In this document: positions 27,289 through 43,965 of the stretch, piece by piece
How positions within the stretch are numbered: position 1 is the stretch's first letter
How the letters are laid out: each line of letters opens with the position of its first letter
Source: the human T2T-CHM13v2.0 reference genome, Homo sapiens
Length of the DNA: 64,000 nucleotides
NCBI RefSeq assembly: GCF_009914755.1
Contig: NC_060931.1
Reading direction: 5' to 3' (one strand)
Program-made: the position numbers and the translations under genes
The notes under the pieces: model-generated
The model's input: the letters and a program-made list of their open reading frames with translations, nothing else
What the model was told of the DNA's origin: nothing
The model's database searches: none

Positions 27289-27488
27289 TGCAACAATTTA
27301 TACTGAAGGCTATATATGCAACAATATATACTGCAACAATATATACTGAAGGATATACTGAATTTATACAGAAGGATATACGTATAAATATACGTTTAAA
27401 TATACGTTTAAATATACTTATATTTAAACAATATATATTGCAACAATAGATACTGAAGGATATACTGAATTTATACAGAAGGATATAC
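27289..27488. repeat. Complex AT-rich nested duplication (50-bp block twice, plus shorter sub-repeats)
   Basis: TGCAACAATA(T/G)ATACTGAAGGATATACTGAATTTATACAGAAGGATATAC at 27332-27381 and 27439-27488; GTTTAAATATAC-type 12-mers lie between them. Confidence 0.9.
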
Positions 27489-28186
27489 ATATCCACTGCT
27501 TCAGATCCTTGTCTTAAACCAATCTGGAGATATTCAAATTATTGATAACCCTCCAGACCTGGAATCTGAAGCTGTAGACCTGAAGATTAGCCTGATATAT
27601 TTATTTTCCCAATATTTATAATCAATCAGATAAAGAGTCCGATATTTTCTGGGTAAAATCCTAGGTAAAATATCAAATAAAATTCACTGGAAGTACTCAT
27701 TATATAGCAGATTACTGAATGACTAAAAAACCTAATAGAGAATTCTGTTGTGAGAGCACTTCTAACATAAATTTATTTTATAATGGCAAATTTCATTAGA
27801 ATTCAGAAAATGTAATGTCTATTCAGGACTGTTTACTTCTTAACATATTAAAGACAAACTATATTTTGCTAGGTGAACAAGTATTTTTCTTAAGTCAATA
27901 CAAAGGATTTGAAAATTAAATTTTCATTGCATTCAAGGAAAAGACAATGAGGTTCCTATCATTTATGTATCCTCAGTGCCTAGCATGGTAGCAGCACATC
28001 ACTAATTCACAAGTGTTTGTGAAAGGAAGGAGGGAGGACAAAAGAGAAAAGGAAGGAAGAAGGTTTGTTACAGCATGTCAAGAAGGTGGAAATAGAACTT
28101 AGATTCAAGACTCTGGTTTTTGATTTCCCTTTGAAATACCCATTTTTTAAAAATGCTTATGTTACCTAGAAGTGATAATTACTAAG

Positions 28187-28573
28187 TCATTCATTCTAGC
28201 AAGAAACATCTGAGCTGCTACTATGTGCAGACACCTCTGGGGATACAATACAGGTGAAACACAAGCCACTGCCCTCCAGATATCCACAGGCTGACAAGAG
28301 AAAGGATACTTTGTACATTTCTGTAAACTGCTATCAAGAACATAGTAATGTCCTGTAGCCCAATGATGGAAGGAGGCTGGAAAATGGCAAGAGAGCAAAT
28401 AAATTTGGAGAATAATTGCTTGAGCAAAATTTGAACACTTAAGAGAAAATCAATGGTCAGATATGTTAAAAAGATGGAATTCCTGGTAGAGAGGATGGCA
28501 AATGAAAGGATTGGGGCATGAAACTGTGGTGAAATTTCCCTAAACATTCAGTTAGTTTGGTATGACTAAAGCA

Positions 28574-28575
<2 letters not shown>
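28187..28575 (-). mobile_element. L2 3' region
   Basis: TCATTCATT..AAACATCTGAGC.GCTACTATGTGC.GACAC..TGGGGATACA...CTGCCCTC, reverse complement of the L2 tail. Confidence 0.65.

Positions 28576-28576
<1 letters not shown>

Positions 28577-28606
<30 letters not shown>
28577..28606. repeat. (GT)15 microsatellite
   Basis: Direct reading. Confidence 0.95.
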
Positions 28607-28610
<4 letters not shown>

Positions 28611-28687
28611 CACATGTATGTAGGTATATGTGCATGTGTATGCATACATGGATGTATAGAACATAGGGTAGGGGTGGGAAAAGGTAA

Positions 28688-28989
<302 letters not shown>

Positions 28990-29059
28990 AGGAAAAGGTA
29001 AATTTTTTAAGATGACAGTGAGGACACTTGGTCAAGATGAAACAATAGTAAGATCAGGG

Positions 29060-29278
29060 ACTATGTATGATGCCTATATGTGCCAGGCACTGTTGTAATC
29101 ATTTTATACACACTAACTTATTCAATGAACACATAGACACAAACCCACACACCTTTGAGCTATATCCCATTGTGATCATCCTGAGGTACACAGAAAGTGC
29201 TTTGTTCTTGTCACAGAGCTAGGAAGCAGCAGAGGCAAGAGTTGAAACTAGCCAGTCTGTAGAGACTCGCATATTTCA
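29060..29278 (-). mobile_element. MIR
   Basis: TGCCTATATGTGCCAGGCACTGTT...CTGAGGTACA...GTCACAGAGCTAGGAAG..GCAGAGGCAAGAGTTGAAAC. Confidence 0.6.
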
Positions 29279-30497
29279 TGCCAAGATGTTTGGACAAGAG
29301 AGGAACTGAAGCATGCTAATAATGTGATTAATATCCCTAGATTCTGACTAAGTTTGTGGAAGTTATTTATAAGGAGGAAAGCTGGAGAACCAAGGCAACA
29401 GGTCTTCTTGGGGTCAGATGCAGTAGCTCAAGATAGCAGAAAGAGGTCAGTGAAGAGACTTTGATCTAGAACACTGAGACCTGGTCACTAGCTTCAGTAA
29501 GAGTGGACATGGGGAGGACTCACTGTCACCCTTCTGTCTAGTTTAGGTGAATGAGTGAGAATGAGGAGTTTGATTTCCTTAGTGAACCTCCATAGGAAGT
29601 GTCTGGCACACGGCTGGAATGCATAAGATACAGCTCTGGCAATCTTGACTCTAGACAAACATGGAGTTACTATCTTCTTAACTGGAATAGGTAGAAATGT
29701 AGGACAAATACCACTGTCAAGCTTCCCGCTTTTCACTTTTATTTGTTATTATAATGTAGCTATGGAAGATATGCAAAGAAGGAAAATAAAGTAACCTCCA
29801 CACCAAAGTATTATTATTAATAAAAAATAAACACCTAGCTCTTATCCTAAAGAGGTTATTACCAAGTGGTGAGAAATAGTTATAAAGTATAATAAGTACA
29901 TATAAGCCTTAAATTTCCAAACAGATTTGCATAATTTAGCATAGCTTGTGGGTAATGATGATGATAAAATCACTAAACATCTGCTAAGCATTTAAACAAC
30001 ATTTTCCTTCCGTTAGCATCAGTTGCTGGAAAATAACATACTTTGGCTCAAATTGTCCTGTTAAAAATATAGTTTGGGGCCAGCAGAATTTTATTCATGC
30101 TTTTATTTGGAGTCTCCACTTTTTTCTGTAAATGTATTTATAGCCAAAAGCTTTCACCAGTTAGGAAATGCAGCAGATGCCAATAAGTACATTCATTATT
30201 TTGATTATGGCAATGTCAGACTTTCAGAAAACTTCCTCCATCTCTATCTGTAGCACAACCTCACATAGGGAGGGACCATGTGCTGGTCAGGAAATAAACA
30301 GCTTTCTGGCAGGAGTTAAATGAAAATACTGTTTATTACTCTTATAAGATGTTATAATTGACGGTTTTATTGTAATACAATAGCGATTATGACATGTTGT
30401 CCCAAACCCTAATTTTGTTGTTTTGTAGCAAGTTACATTTTTATCAAGGAACACAGTGGTTTAAAAAAAAAAAAAAACCCAAAAAACTAAGATTTGG

Positions 30498-30977
<480 letters not shown>

Positions 30978-32406
30978 TTAGGGATTGATCACTCAATTAC
31001 ATTCTGGATGAGAAGAAAAAAAAAATCCTATTGGTGTTTTTATGTGATTACATTTAGGGAGAAAAAGTTTGGAAAGCTAAGAATCTTTTGTGGGAAGACA
31101 AAAAGAAAGAGCTTTTAAGGGGCACTTTGAATACAGAGAGTGACTTTAGATAGCTAGCAATGCTGTTTAAAAGTTACATCATGGCTTTAAGCAAAATCAA
31201 CAGCAGTGAAACAAACTGAACAAGCAGAAAAAAATATAACTCGAAACACTGATGAGTAGTAGTTTTTGAAAGTGAATTCATCCAATAAACTACATCAAAT
31301 AAAGGCAAATAAAGACAATCTAAGCTTCATTCACAAAGTACATAGAGAAAAATGCTTGAAAATATATCACATCCAGGAAGAATTTTTTAAACTGACAGGT
31401 GAAGTTATTTTACTATATATAAATTCTTTAAGGTGGCAGATATCTTGTCAAATGACCACCCTTACAGGAGGACAGTCAACTTGATTCTAATTAATAAACA
31501 AAGTTTTAATGGAAATCCTAGAACACGTAGATTCATGAGACTCAGCATTCAACTTGGAAACCCGCAGAAACTGTGTATCTAAGCCACTCTAACCAAATAG
31601 AAGAAAACCTTCTACATATTATGTGCCAGGGAGACGTTAGGCATTAGCAGTGCACAGACAGTCATGGTTCAGGCTTTGACGCTGATGACAACTGGTGGAA
31701 TGTGTGTTATCTACCCTGTTATTGTACTAACCTATCCTCTATCCTCATCACACAGTATGAGAACTACAGTAGCTTGTCTTCTGCCTAAAATCTCCTACCA
31801 CTTCCACAGTCATTTAATCTGCCAGCTCACTGTTATGCTGGTATTTTTAAGAAATAATTTCATATAATTAGTCTCTTTCTGGATGAAACACTGCTAAGGT
31901 GTTTATTACTAACCTAAATTCAGTCCTTTTCAGCTCTTTCACTCTTTGTAATCCAATTCCATTCTTTGCAGCCAGTATTCATTTCTGCTTGTTCTGAAAT
32001 CTATCCCATCACTTAGGATTTGGAAACTAGCAGACATGAAGATTGGCTACAAAGAATGTAACTAGATTTTTAAACAGATTTAGCTCTAATCCCATTTCTT
32101 AGAACAATTCCCAACTTGAAACAGGAAATATCTAGATGGTTTCACTGTCCGATTCTGTGGTGACCCAACCTCTTAGCACTCAGATTCTGCCTCGGCCCTA
32201 CTGAGATTACTAGTCTTACCCAACATACAACTTCCTTCCACATCTACCAGGTTGAGGAATGAAGCAAATTATGTGAAATAGGAGAAATACTTTTAGAGGA
32301 AGCTTGAGTATTGGTGTATTGGGATAATTTATATGGGATGGTAAAGTTAGAGGGTAGATGATGGCACTTCATTACATCTGCAAAATTTTAAAAAAAATTA
32401 TCCTAG

Positions 32407-32733
<327 letters not shown>

Positions 32734-33082
32734 CACGTTCTGGAAGTAGTATGAATGGTAGGTTGAGAGATGAGGGTAAATTCAATTGAGAAAGGGATGC
32801 AAATGAGAACATAATTATTAGTAATCTAAAAGAGAAATGGTGAGGGGAAATTTTTAATTAAGATAAAGTAAAATAATGGTGAAATCATGAATTTTTTTAT
32901 TTTGTATTTCATTTTTAAAAATCATAACCACATGTACACTTCATTACTTTAAGAATTGTTACTTTTGAAAGAAAAAATAGTCATATCCATTGACTCTCAA
33001 ATATTCTTAGGAGTTATTTATACTAAATGAATGAAAAAGGCAGAGAATACAACTATGTATAAAATATGAGCCCAATTTTTTA

Positions 33083-33519
<437 letters not shown>

Positions 33520-34267
33520 TCATTGGTTGACTCTAGTTATTGACACTATAACTGATTTGCATCTTCTTTCTTGCACTTTCCTAATTTAGAAAATTCAATT
33601 AATATTTCTTTAATAAAGAGAACATTGAGTGTATCTAAAAGTATGTCAATTGGTGAGTAATGAAAGAAAGTGTCAATAAAAATAACCGGAAGAGTGCAGA
33701 GAACAGGTGTAGAAATATCAAAAAGGACAAGCTGACAAAAGTTTTGATTGGTGGTTCAGGGATAATAGAGAGAGGGAGAAGGCAGGCATCCATGATAATT
33801 TACATTTTCAGCTGCATGTTATGCATGGCTGTTGATGGAATCAGCAGTGCAGAAGGCTCAGCATAAATAAATAGGAGGTGAGAATTGTTCCAAGTGAAGG
33901 AGAGGTTGGCTGTGGGAACATTCGGTCTCAAAGCAGAGGAATATTTTAACACTGACATACTTTCAAATTGCTACCCATGGTAACAGTTAAAAGCAACTTC
34001 ACTGTATTTGGTTTTGTTATTATTATTATAAACTTCCACTTCCTACAAAGCATGCACTCCGTCTTTGCACCTGAAAGGAGTTGTTTTCACTGCTGCCCTC
34101 TACCTTGGTTCATGACTGGGAGAAAAGAGCTGAAATTCTACAGGATTCATTTTGAGAGAGAGAATTCAAAGCACTATAGCGTTATAGCTGCAAATATCCA
34201 AGCGATATTTGGGGATAAGTGTGTGACACTGAGGAGAAATAGAGTTTGAAGATAATAGTTTAAATCT

Positions 34268-34343
34268 TTGTTTAGTAGTAAACACTTTCATTAGTGGCCT
34301 AAACACCTTGTTTAGTAGTAAACACTTTCACTAGTTGCCTAAA
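34268..34343. repeat. 40-bp tandem duplication (1.9 copies)
   Basis: TTGTTTAGTAGTAAACACTTTCA(T/C)TAGT(G/T)GCCTAAA twice, 2 mismatches. Confidence 0.92.
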
Positions 34344-34555
34344 TGAAACTCTCAACAGCATAACTTTCTAGCTGCATAATTTCGGCAAGTCCCTTAATCT
34401 CACTGGACCTCAGTCTTCTCATATGTTACATAAAGACGATAACAGTATAAATTCTGTAGAGTTGTATAAAAGTTAAATGAATGAATAGATGACAACAGCT
34501 TAGAACATGGCTTTAGCAGATTGTAAATACTATGTAAATATTGGATATTTTATTT
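34310..34555 (+). mobile_element. MIR
   Basis: CTAGCTGCATAATTTCGGCAAGTCCCTTAATCTCACTGGACCTCAGTCTTCTCATATGT core; AAGTTAAATGA..CAGCTTAGAACA tail. Confidence 0.75.
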
Positions 34556-35308
34556 TCAGTATATGTATATATTCTTTCTACAGAGCAAGCTCTTTATGCA
34601 TTAATAGTAATCTTGCTAAAAATCCAAATCTATTCAGAATGAGTACTACAGAATTTTTCTTATAGAAATATTACCAACATTAACTCCTCTCTTAGATAAA
34701 TGTGATTCACATTTCATCTCTTTATGCAATTTCCTTATTGTTTTATCATTTTCCTATTGCTCTATTCTATAAATAATGAATACAGCATTTTAATGATTCT
34801 TGTAAATAGAGACCACATTTTTTAACCATTGAGCATACGGACAAATTTTATTCATAATATTTTATTTCTTTCATTGTACTTGAGATTAATAGCACAATTT
34901 CTCATCCACAAAGTTTATTATAGGTTGTAAAAATGAACATGATCTCTCTTCTGATTGGCTCAGAAAAGAAGTTTAATCTTATGTAATTATCTTTCGAATC
35001 ACACATGCATCAGTACAATCAAGCTCTCTATCTATTAGATCACTGAACCGTTTCACATGAGTTTACAGATTAATATTCATATAAAACTATATATCTTTCA
35101 GCATATCTCCTCTTGGTAGGTTTTCTTAAAGAAAAACAAAAAAGGGTAGCAAATTGGAACCTTGGATATGGAAGAACTGCTTAAAAAATATTCAATGAAT
35201 TGCCATCGGGTCACTTTTTCCCCTTATAAATAAAAAGTTGGGGTATAAAAGCAGAAATATCATTATAAAAGAACTGGAATGTCAGAAAACACTAAGAACA
35301 TTCTGTTT

Positions 35309-35502
35309 CAGTGGTATACAAACTTGTTTGTCCTTTTAAGCCATGAAACTTTTTCTTTAAACAAAATTTCTTCAAAGGTCTAATTCTTAAAATAGATAAA
35401 CTACTGTGAAGGGCAGATGCTACGAGGACACCCCATGACCCAACTCCCAAAGCCTTTCTTTGTAATCTCTCTGCTCCAGGTAGTGGTTTGAATAAGGACG
35501 GC
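35309..35502. mobile_element. hAT-Charlie relic (MER112-like)
   Basis: CAGTGGTATACAAACTT terminus, TTTAAACAAAATTTCTT...AAAATAGATAAA body, GGTTTGAA at the other end; highly diverged. Confidence 0.45.
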
Positions 35503-36755
35503 CTAATCCAAACATTGCCTTTTAGAGAGACCTTGAGAAGCAGTGATGTAGCCTAGGTTACAAGGTAATCCAGTAAAATGCATCCATGAGTTCCATGCGC
35601 TGACAGAGAATGCATTATTACATTAATTTTTTTTTTATATCATCCCAACTATGGAAACTTCAGTTGCCAAATGCTACTGCTACATAATGTATTCATCTTT
35701 TGGTAGTAAACTTCTCTGCTCCAGTTTATTTTTCAGCCTATGAAGTTTTTTGTTTTTATTTCTTATTAAAAAAATCTCAATTTAGAAATAAAAATGAGAC
35801 AAGCACAGTCAAAATTTAAATTAGCTTGGTTTCAGTTCCTATTATTAAAGAGATTTTTAAAATATCCTACTTTTGAACATCTTTGCTGCCATCCTTCATT
35901 TCTCTCACAAGGGAAATATAATTCAGCAGAGTCAATCGTGACTGTTTTGAATATGGTTTACTAAATTCACAAACAAAAAGTGTCTCTGATAGTCAACACA
36001 AATATATAAACAAGCATTGAGTAAACGGCAAGAAGGATAAAAGGCATTTTTCCAAATGAAGACTTCCATTGAAAAGAAGAAATTCAATGAACCTTCCTTA
36101 AAACATATGAAACATTCTATTGAATTTTGATCTAATAAAAAATTGTATTAAATTTGCTGTATTAGAACTGTTACACACTTGAGATCAAAAAAGAAAACAA
36201 AAAATGCCCTAACTATAGGTAGGGACATTGTAGGACTAATGGAAGTGAGTATATAAGTCCACTTGGCACCAGAGATTTTTTTCTAATGTGGAAGTGTCAA
36301 AAGAATTCTGCTCCACTTCAAAGCAGTGCCTGGCAGGAACAGGAAAGCATAAATGTCACTGAACAAACTTAGAGACAAGCACTTCCTTCACTGAAGAGAA
36401 ACCTGATATCTTTCTAGAAATTCTAGTATGCTGATACAAAATGCTAGACACTATCTAATTTCATTCCTCCATATTAATCAGCACCTTAATGTATGTTGCA
36501 GTTTATAGACAGTAAATATACTTTAATATTTTCTTTCTTTGCATGGGTAAAGAATAAAGAATGCAAGTCAATAGAAAAGAAAAATTTTAAAATAATTGTA
36601 GTAATTGGCTATAACTGGTGAGTATAGCTTGGCTTTGGAGTGATGTAGCCCTATCTTTGAATGCTGGCTCCACTATTTGTTATCTATAGAAATAGACAGG
36701 TCATAGAAAGCATTTCCCATCTGGCAATGTACTTGTGAAGATTAATTAAAAGTTA

Positions 36756-37214
<459 letters not shown>

Positions 37215-38747
37215 TCAAGTAATGGGGAAATGTTTTTGGAAAATAGATATGGATCAAGTAAGTTAGGAGTTCTGACCCTGCAACATGGAAATAGGGCACA
37301 CCCAGGTCCCAGTTCAGAAACAAGGTAAAGCTATAGTGGTACTCTTGGCCACATCTCCTTAGTAAGACGCAGGAGTGAACCTGTTTTCCTTCAGTATTGT
37401 GACTAGCTCTACTCTACTTCTGCATCAATCAGTCCTGTTCGCAGCAACTAGTCACCTCCTCCTTTGTTTAATGTTCATCATCTTTAAACATCGACCTGCT
37501 TATAGTATCCACTTACTCCCATGTCTGCTGACTTATAGAAAAGCAAGGTACAGGTATGTGAATGTAGAATGAGCACAAAATATAATTAAATTAAAGCGTA
37601 ATCAGCAGAAACTCTGTGCTTTTGCGTAGTAATCCTACCAGTGAATGATTCTTTCTTTGTATCCTATTTTGACCCATCAAGACAAATTTTATTGGTCTAA
37701 TTAATAACTAAGATCCCTTCTGAGCAAAGCTCTTCTGTGAGACTACATACAGACCAGTCTATAATTGCTCTGATGAAGTGCATCCGGGAATAGGGTGAGG
37801 ATTGGTGTCTCGTGGCACCTATCGCAGCCATTTATCCTGGAAGAATTCCCTGGAAAGGAACTGCACATGTGGCACACACTTTTAGACTTAGCATTTCTAT
37901 ACTTCTCTTGTCCATTTGTGCAGAAAGGTGGAGAGATAATTCAGAAAGAGAGCTAGTTTAAAGCTAGAATAAACCATGCAAACACATTTTTTTTCTAATT
38001 TTTGCAACTTTTCTCCAATATCCTGAAGGTTAAACAGAGGTTATTCTGTTCTGTTTTCTATACCCATGCTAAGGTTCAAGAAACTATAAAAGAGGCTGGC
38101 TAACTATCTCTCAAAAGGCTTCCTAGGAGAGGTTTTCCATGGCCCTGGGTCTGGACTTCACCTAGAAGGATTTAAATCTGAGTTGATTAACAAGATGATA
38201 TCCTTCATGGAAAAACTCACAGGGGCAAAGCTCAAAATAAGCTTGTTATATATATAAAAAAGACAATTTATCAATTTAGAAAAGATGCCCTGAATGCCTG
38301 TATGTGTATGTGTGTTTGTGTAATTTTATATATTAAATAATATATAATATAATAATATTTTAATTGACAGATAAATTGCATGTATTTATCAGCCTATATT
38401 TTTCATGACATAGTTTTTCCTCTGGAAAAGGTAAGTAGAAATCTAAATTAAAAGCTGTATATTGCTCAATGAATTTGAAATTGAGAAATGTGTGTAGTTC
38501 AAATATTTTGTCTAGCTACCTATAGGGATATGCTTGGCCTAAAAAAATCTTTGAGCCAGAGATTCTCCTCATTTGGAGTGAGACTAGGTATCCTCCATAT
38601 TAGCCTATAAGAATCTATTGTTTTTTTGGTTTCTGCTGTGGAACACTTCTCCTGTTGGGACATTCTGCATTATTTATATTAGTACATCAAATCAAGGTAT
38701 AGACTTGTTTGAAAACTATTCTATCTCTCTAATAACCCTATACACTT

Positions 38748-38997
38748 ATTCATTCATTCATTCAAAAACTTACTTACTCTGCACTTATTATGTGCCTGAC
38801 ACCTTAGGCACACAATAAGTGACAAAAACAATGTCAAAGACATTGACATTTGACGTTGACAAAAACAATGTCAAAGACATTGACATTTGACGTTGACAAA
38901 AACAATGTCAAAGACATTGGGGGATACAAGAGTGAATATGGAAAGCAATGTCTTTTTCTTACTTGGCCCTTAGGCTCCAGTTAAGGTAGAGAGACAA
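38748..38997 (-). mobile_element. L2 3' end containing a young minisatellite
   Basis: (ATTC)n tail, CACTTATTATGTGCCTGACAC, GGGGATACAAGAGTGAA. Confidence 0.65.
38820..38919. repeat. 37-bp minisatellite, 2.7 perfect copies
   Basis: TGACAAAAACAATGTCAAAGACATTGACATTTGACGT at 38820, 38857 and (partial) 38894. Confidence 0.97.
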
Positions 38998-39519
38998 AAA
39001 CCCATTTAATTATTCCATCTCTCACTCTATTGCATAATCTCAATCTATTGGAATGTAATCGGTTTAGGGATTATATGTTATAGAACATAATCTACATGTT
39101 AGAGTATACAATCCCAATTGATCCTGCAAACATTTCTAGAAAAAATCCTATCAAATGAGTAATAAAGTGTTCTAAGCACTAACTAGAAATGTATTCAGGT
39201 GAAAAAGAAAAATCCAAAAAAAAGTGTTTTTTTTTTATTATGGTTTACTTGAGAATAGAACTTAAGATAGGAACATTTATCACAGATTTGACTCTTCCAT
39301 AAAGGATTGATCAAAGAGCTTAATTCTCAGAAGGTAACTTAATTCACCTTGCGATGAGGTCAACATGACTATTTACCTCATAAGCAACTTGAATTTTCAT
39401 AGTATAATTAGCCAGTGGTTTTTCAAGTCTAAAGAACAGCCTTTGCCATGCTAAAACATGATGAAGCAGTGACTCACTACAGAAGACAAGCCTTTTCAGA
39501 ATATACTCTGTGACTCTTT

Positions 39520-40787
<1,268 letters not shown>

Positions 40788-41437
40788 ATCTTTGAACTGA
40801 AAATTCACATCTTAATTTGCACAGAGTATTCTGAAATATCAAATGTATACCTATATTGGAAACTTTACCAGGTAGCACTGCCACATTCAGTTTTTACATA
40901 AGAAACTGAGCATTTTAGCATATGAGTTGGGAAGTCAATTGTCCTGCTTGATTTCCTATTTGGCATGTCTGTGATAATATTGAAATTGCTTAATGATTTT
41001 ATTTATTCCTTGGAGAGGTGGATCCGTACACAATAAGCATTTGCAAACACCTGGGACAAAGTATGGACCTCTGTCAGCATAGTCTGTTTATAGGCCTAGG
41101 AAAGTATGAACAGAGAGTTGAGAAGGAAGAGGCAAAGGCATGTTATTTTACTGAGACACAATGAAATGGCTGTACATAGAAAATACATCTTAAGATATCA
41201 GAGATAAAAGCTATAAAAGAGGCAGGAAGAACAAAATGTAAAAATTCAGATAGTTTCACTTATTTTTCCTTTCTACATCCTTTTTTTTTTTTAATTGGGA
41301 ATCTTAGATTGGTGGGTTTTGGGGGAGGGTGGAGTTCCTTTTCTGAGGTCCTTTATTTTCTGCTTGAGTGCCTGAAAATAGATGCAAGACAGAGAATGTC
41401 TCCACTGACTCTCACGGTGGCTGTTTATTCAGAGTGC

Positions 41438-41847
41438 AGCCTTCATTTGGCTCTCCTGGAAGCTGGCTGTGAGACAAGGAATCCAGGCCAAGTTCTTTAT
41501 TTGGCAGGGAAGTGGAGATGTAGATAGAAAAGAAAAGGCAACTAATAACACATTATCAAGTCAGTTACCAGTACAGGTAGCTGTAGCTTAATCCCACTGG
41601 GAAACTGAGAACCCTTAGAAAAGTTTGCCATCAGCATCATCTTCTCTGGGGCATAAGGGATCTGGGGTTCTTATACCCCTTTTCCCCAAGTGGTCATGAT
41701 CTCTCTTGTACTTCCAGCCTGTGGTGTTTTCAGGTGCACAGGCCGTGGCTGCGTGAGAAAACTCTCAGCCCGTTGGAAGTCAGGAGTGCACCACAGTGAA
41801 AAGGGCTATGGGGGCAGAGATGGATAGAGCATGACAGTTCTGCTGTA
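41438..41847 (-). mobile_element. LTR16C-like (ERVL) solo LTR
   Basis: TGAGACAAGGAATCCAGG.CAAGT..TTTATTTGG, TTATCAAG.CAGTTACCA...AGCTTAATCCCACTGGGAAACT, GTTGGAAGTCAGG, GACAG.TCTGCT. Confidence 0.75.
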
Positions 41848-42007
41848 AGTGGCCCAAGTTGAAGGGAGCTGTTCTCCCGTCTGCCTTTTTGCCTTCTTAT
41901 AAAAACCAAATTAGCAAAGACATTGATACATAGACTTGTCTTATAACCAATTATGGACTTATATTAATTACCCATTAATATTCTCTGATCCATAGTACAT
42001 ATGGAAA

Positions 42008-42040
<33 letters not shown>
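42008..42040. repeat. (TG)n(CG)n alternating purine-pyrimidine tract
   Basis: Direct reading. Confidence 0.95.
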
Positions 42041-43629
42041 ATTTGTAAAATGCCATTATCCCTGGTATTCTATATTAGCCTAAGCTTAAAATTCAGTCCT
42101 TGTACTGTTACTTTTTACTGTACATCTGTGACAAAATTAATACTGCCATATGATGGGTGCCTAACACCACCCACTGCTTTTAAATTATATTCTCATTTTT
42201 TGTTATTCAATGATGGTTCAACTATTTCACCAAGAATTAAATAGAAGTAAGAGTCAAAATGACCAGGATATTTTCTCTAATACCGCTGTGTACTATTAAA
42301 AAAATAATTAAGATTTCTTTATTCATATCAATTATGAGTTGATGCACTGAATGATGTAATATTTATTCATGTTAACAGTGGAAAATGTGAGTGGGAACAG
42401 CTTTCATATGGAATGCTTTTCTTGTACTTTAGAAGTAAATAATTAAATAAATAAGAGTTCTAATTTATGGGAAAATTGTCTTATATGAGTTGATTTTCTA
42501 AGCCTTTGTTTTACCAGCCTGAAAGAGGAATGCTACACAGTCATATTTTAATGGCTTTGTTTATTCTTTTAGAAAAAGTATCAACATGACATCATCTGAG
42601 GCTAGGTTGTGCTGCATACTAATAAAAACCTGAGAAATGTATGTTTGACTTCTGATGTAAAGGTTTTCTTTTTAATATAGACTTAATAACAATTTCATAC
42701 TTAACCGATGAGAGCAGCAAATTAATCAAACAAATCGAACATTTTCTTCTCCAGGGAACTGGGGAAGCTTCTGATCCCTTGATATGATTATATCTATATA
42801 TCAAATTCCATACTAATGACCCCCAAGAGAGATGGCTTTATCAATAAGATTGTAAGTTATTAATTAATTAATTAGTCTCCTGGAAATTCTACTGTGTGAT
42901 TTTCTGTTTTTACCTCACAGGAGGGAGTTCTGAGTTACCTTGCTTCTTCAGAGGGTTAGATTTTTCATGTTTCAGGGTTGAACAATGAGGTGTAGGCAAG
43001 AGCTCAAGATAGCATTTGAGGGGCTTCGTTTCTGTATTTTAGACTATTAAGCTAACTTCTATAAAGGGAAAGTACTAACGTTGATATTTAGAGAAAAACA
43101 CGGGGGGAGCTAAAACAAGACAGAGAAAGACAATTTGATGCCCTTAGGATGGGGTGATGACAACAGGTTTGTTCCAACATAGCAGCCATCCACATAGCTG
43201 TACCAGAAGCAGGACCTTGGCAGGGAAGTTCTGTGGCCTTGTGTGACTTTAACCCTGGGAACCCAGCAAAGATTTCTGTAGGCAGAGTTGATACAAAAGG
43301 GAATGTTCTCAAAGTAGCCACCACTTTAAATGAATAAATAGCACCTCAGTAGAAGACCACTGGCCAGTGTTCTGTCCAAATTCACACATGGAGGCAAAGG
43401 TAGCCATACAAAGTGATGAATACTGAGTTTCTTGCTAATTTCATTGAATGGGTAGCTTGAAACAATTACTTTGATTTAGAAAAAATAATGAGATCTGACA
43501 TACTTTGCATTGCGTCTTCAGTTTTTCTGATCAATCCGTAAGTTACATGATCTTCACATACAAACTAAGACCATTCACATAAAAGAGAGAAAAGGAGTAA
43601 TTATTTTTGCTTTCTTAGCAAGTGCCTAG

Positions 43630-43965
43630 AATAGCATTTTCCGGTGCATGCACTGGGGACAATCAGGGCCATAAATTTCTGATATGAAATACATTTAAGA
43701 AATACCAATATGAGGGCAATGGAAATTTCCGGTGCATGCACTGGGGACAATCAGGGCCATAAATTTCTGATATGAAATACATTTAAGAAATACCAATATG
43801 AGGGCAATGGAAATTTCTTTGGTAATTTGCAAAACATATTAACATATTAAAGGTTCTGAAGTAACCCATTGTTACTAGTTTAACTTTCTTTAACCCAGAA
43901 TTGCCCAAACTTACTTGAGCATAAAAGTGTTTTAACACTTCTGAGAAATATCCTTTCAGATACCA
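43630..43965. mobile_element. hAT-Charlie relic (MER103C-like)
   Basis: ATTAAAGGTTCTGA..GTTTAACTTT.TTTAACCCAG.ATT.CCCAAACTTA.TTGA block. Confidence 0.45.
43638..43817. repeat. Perfect 88-bp tandem duplication
   Basis: 43638-43725 is identical to 43726-43813, followed by TTTC (43814-43817), the first 4 nt of the unit. Confidence 0.98.

Noticed and set aside
33968-33986. RFX X-box-like GCTACCCATGGTAAC
   Set aside because: One half-site mismatches the consensus and there is no other support.
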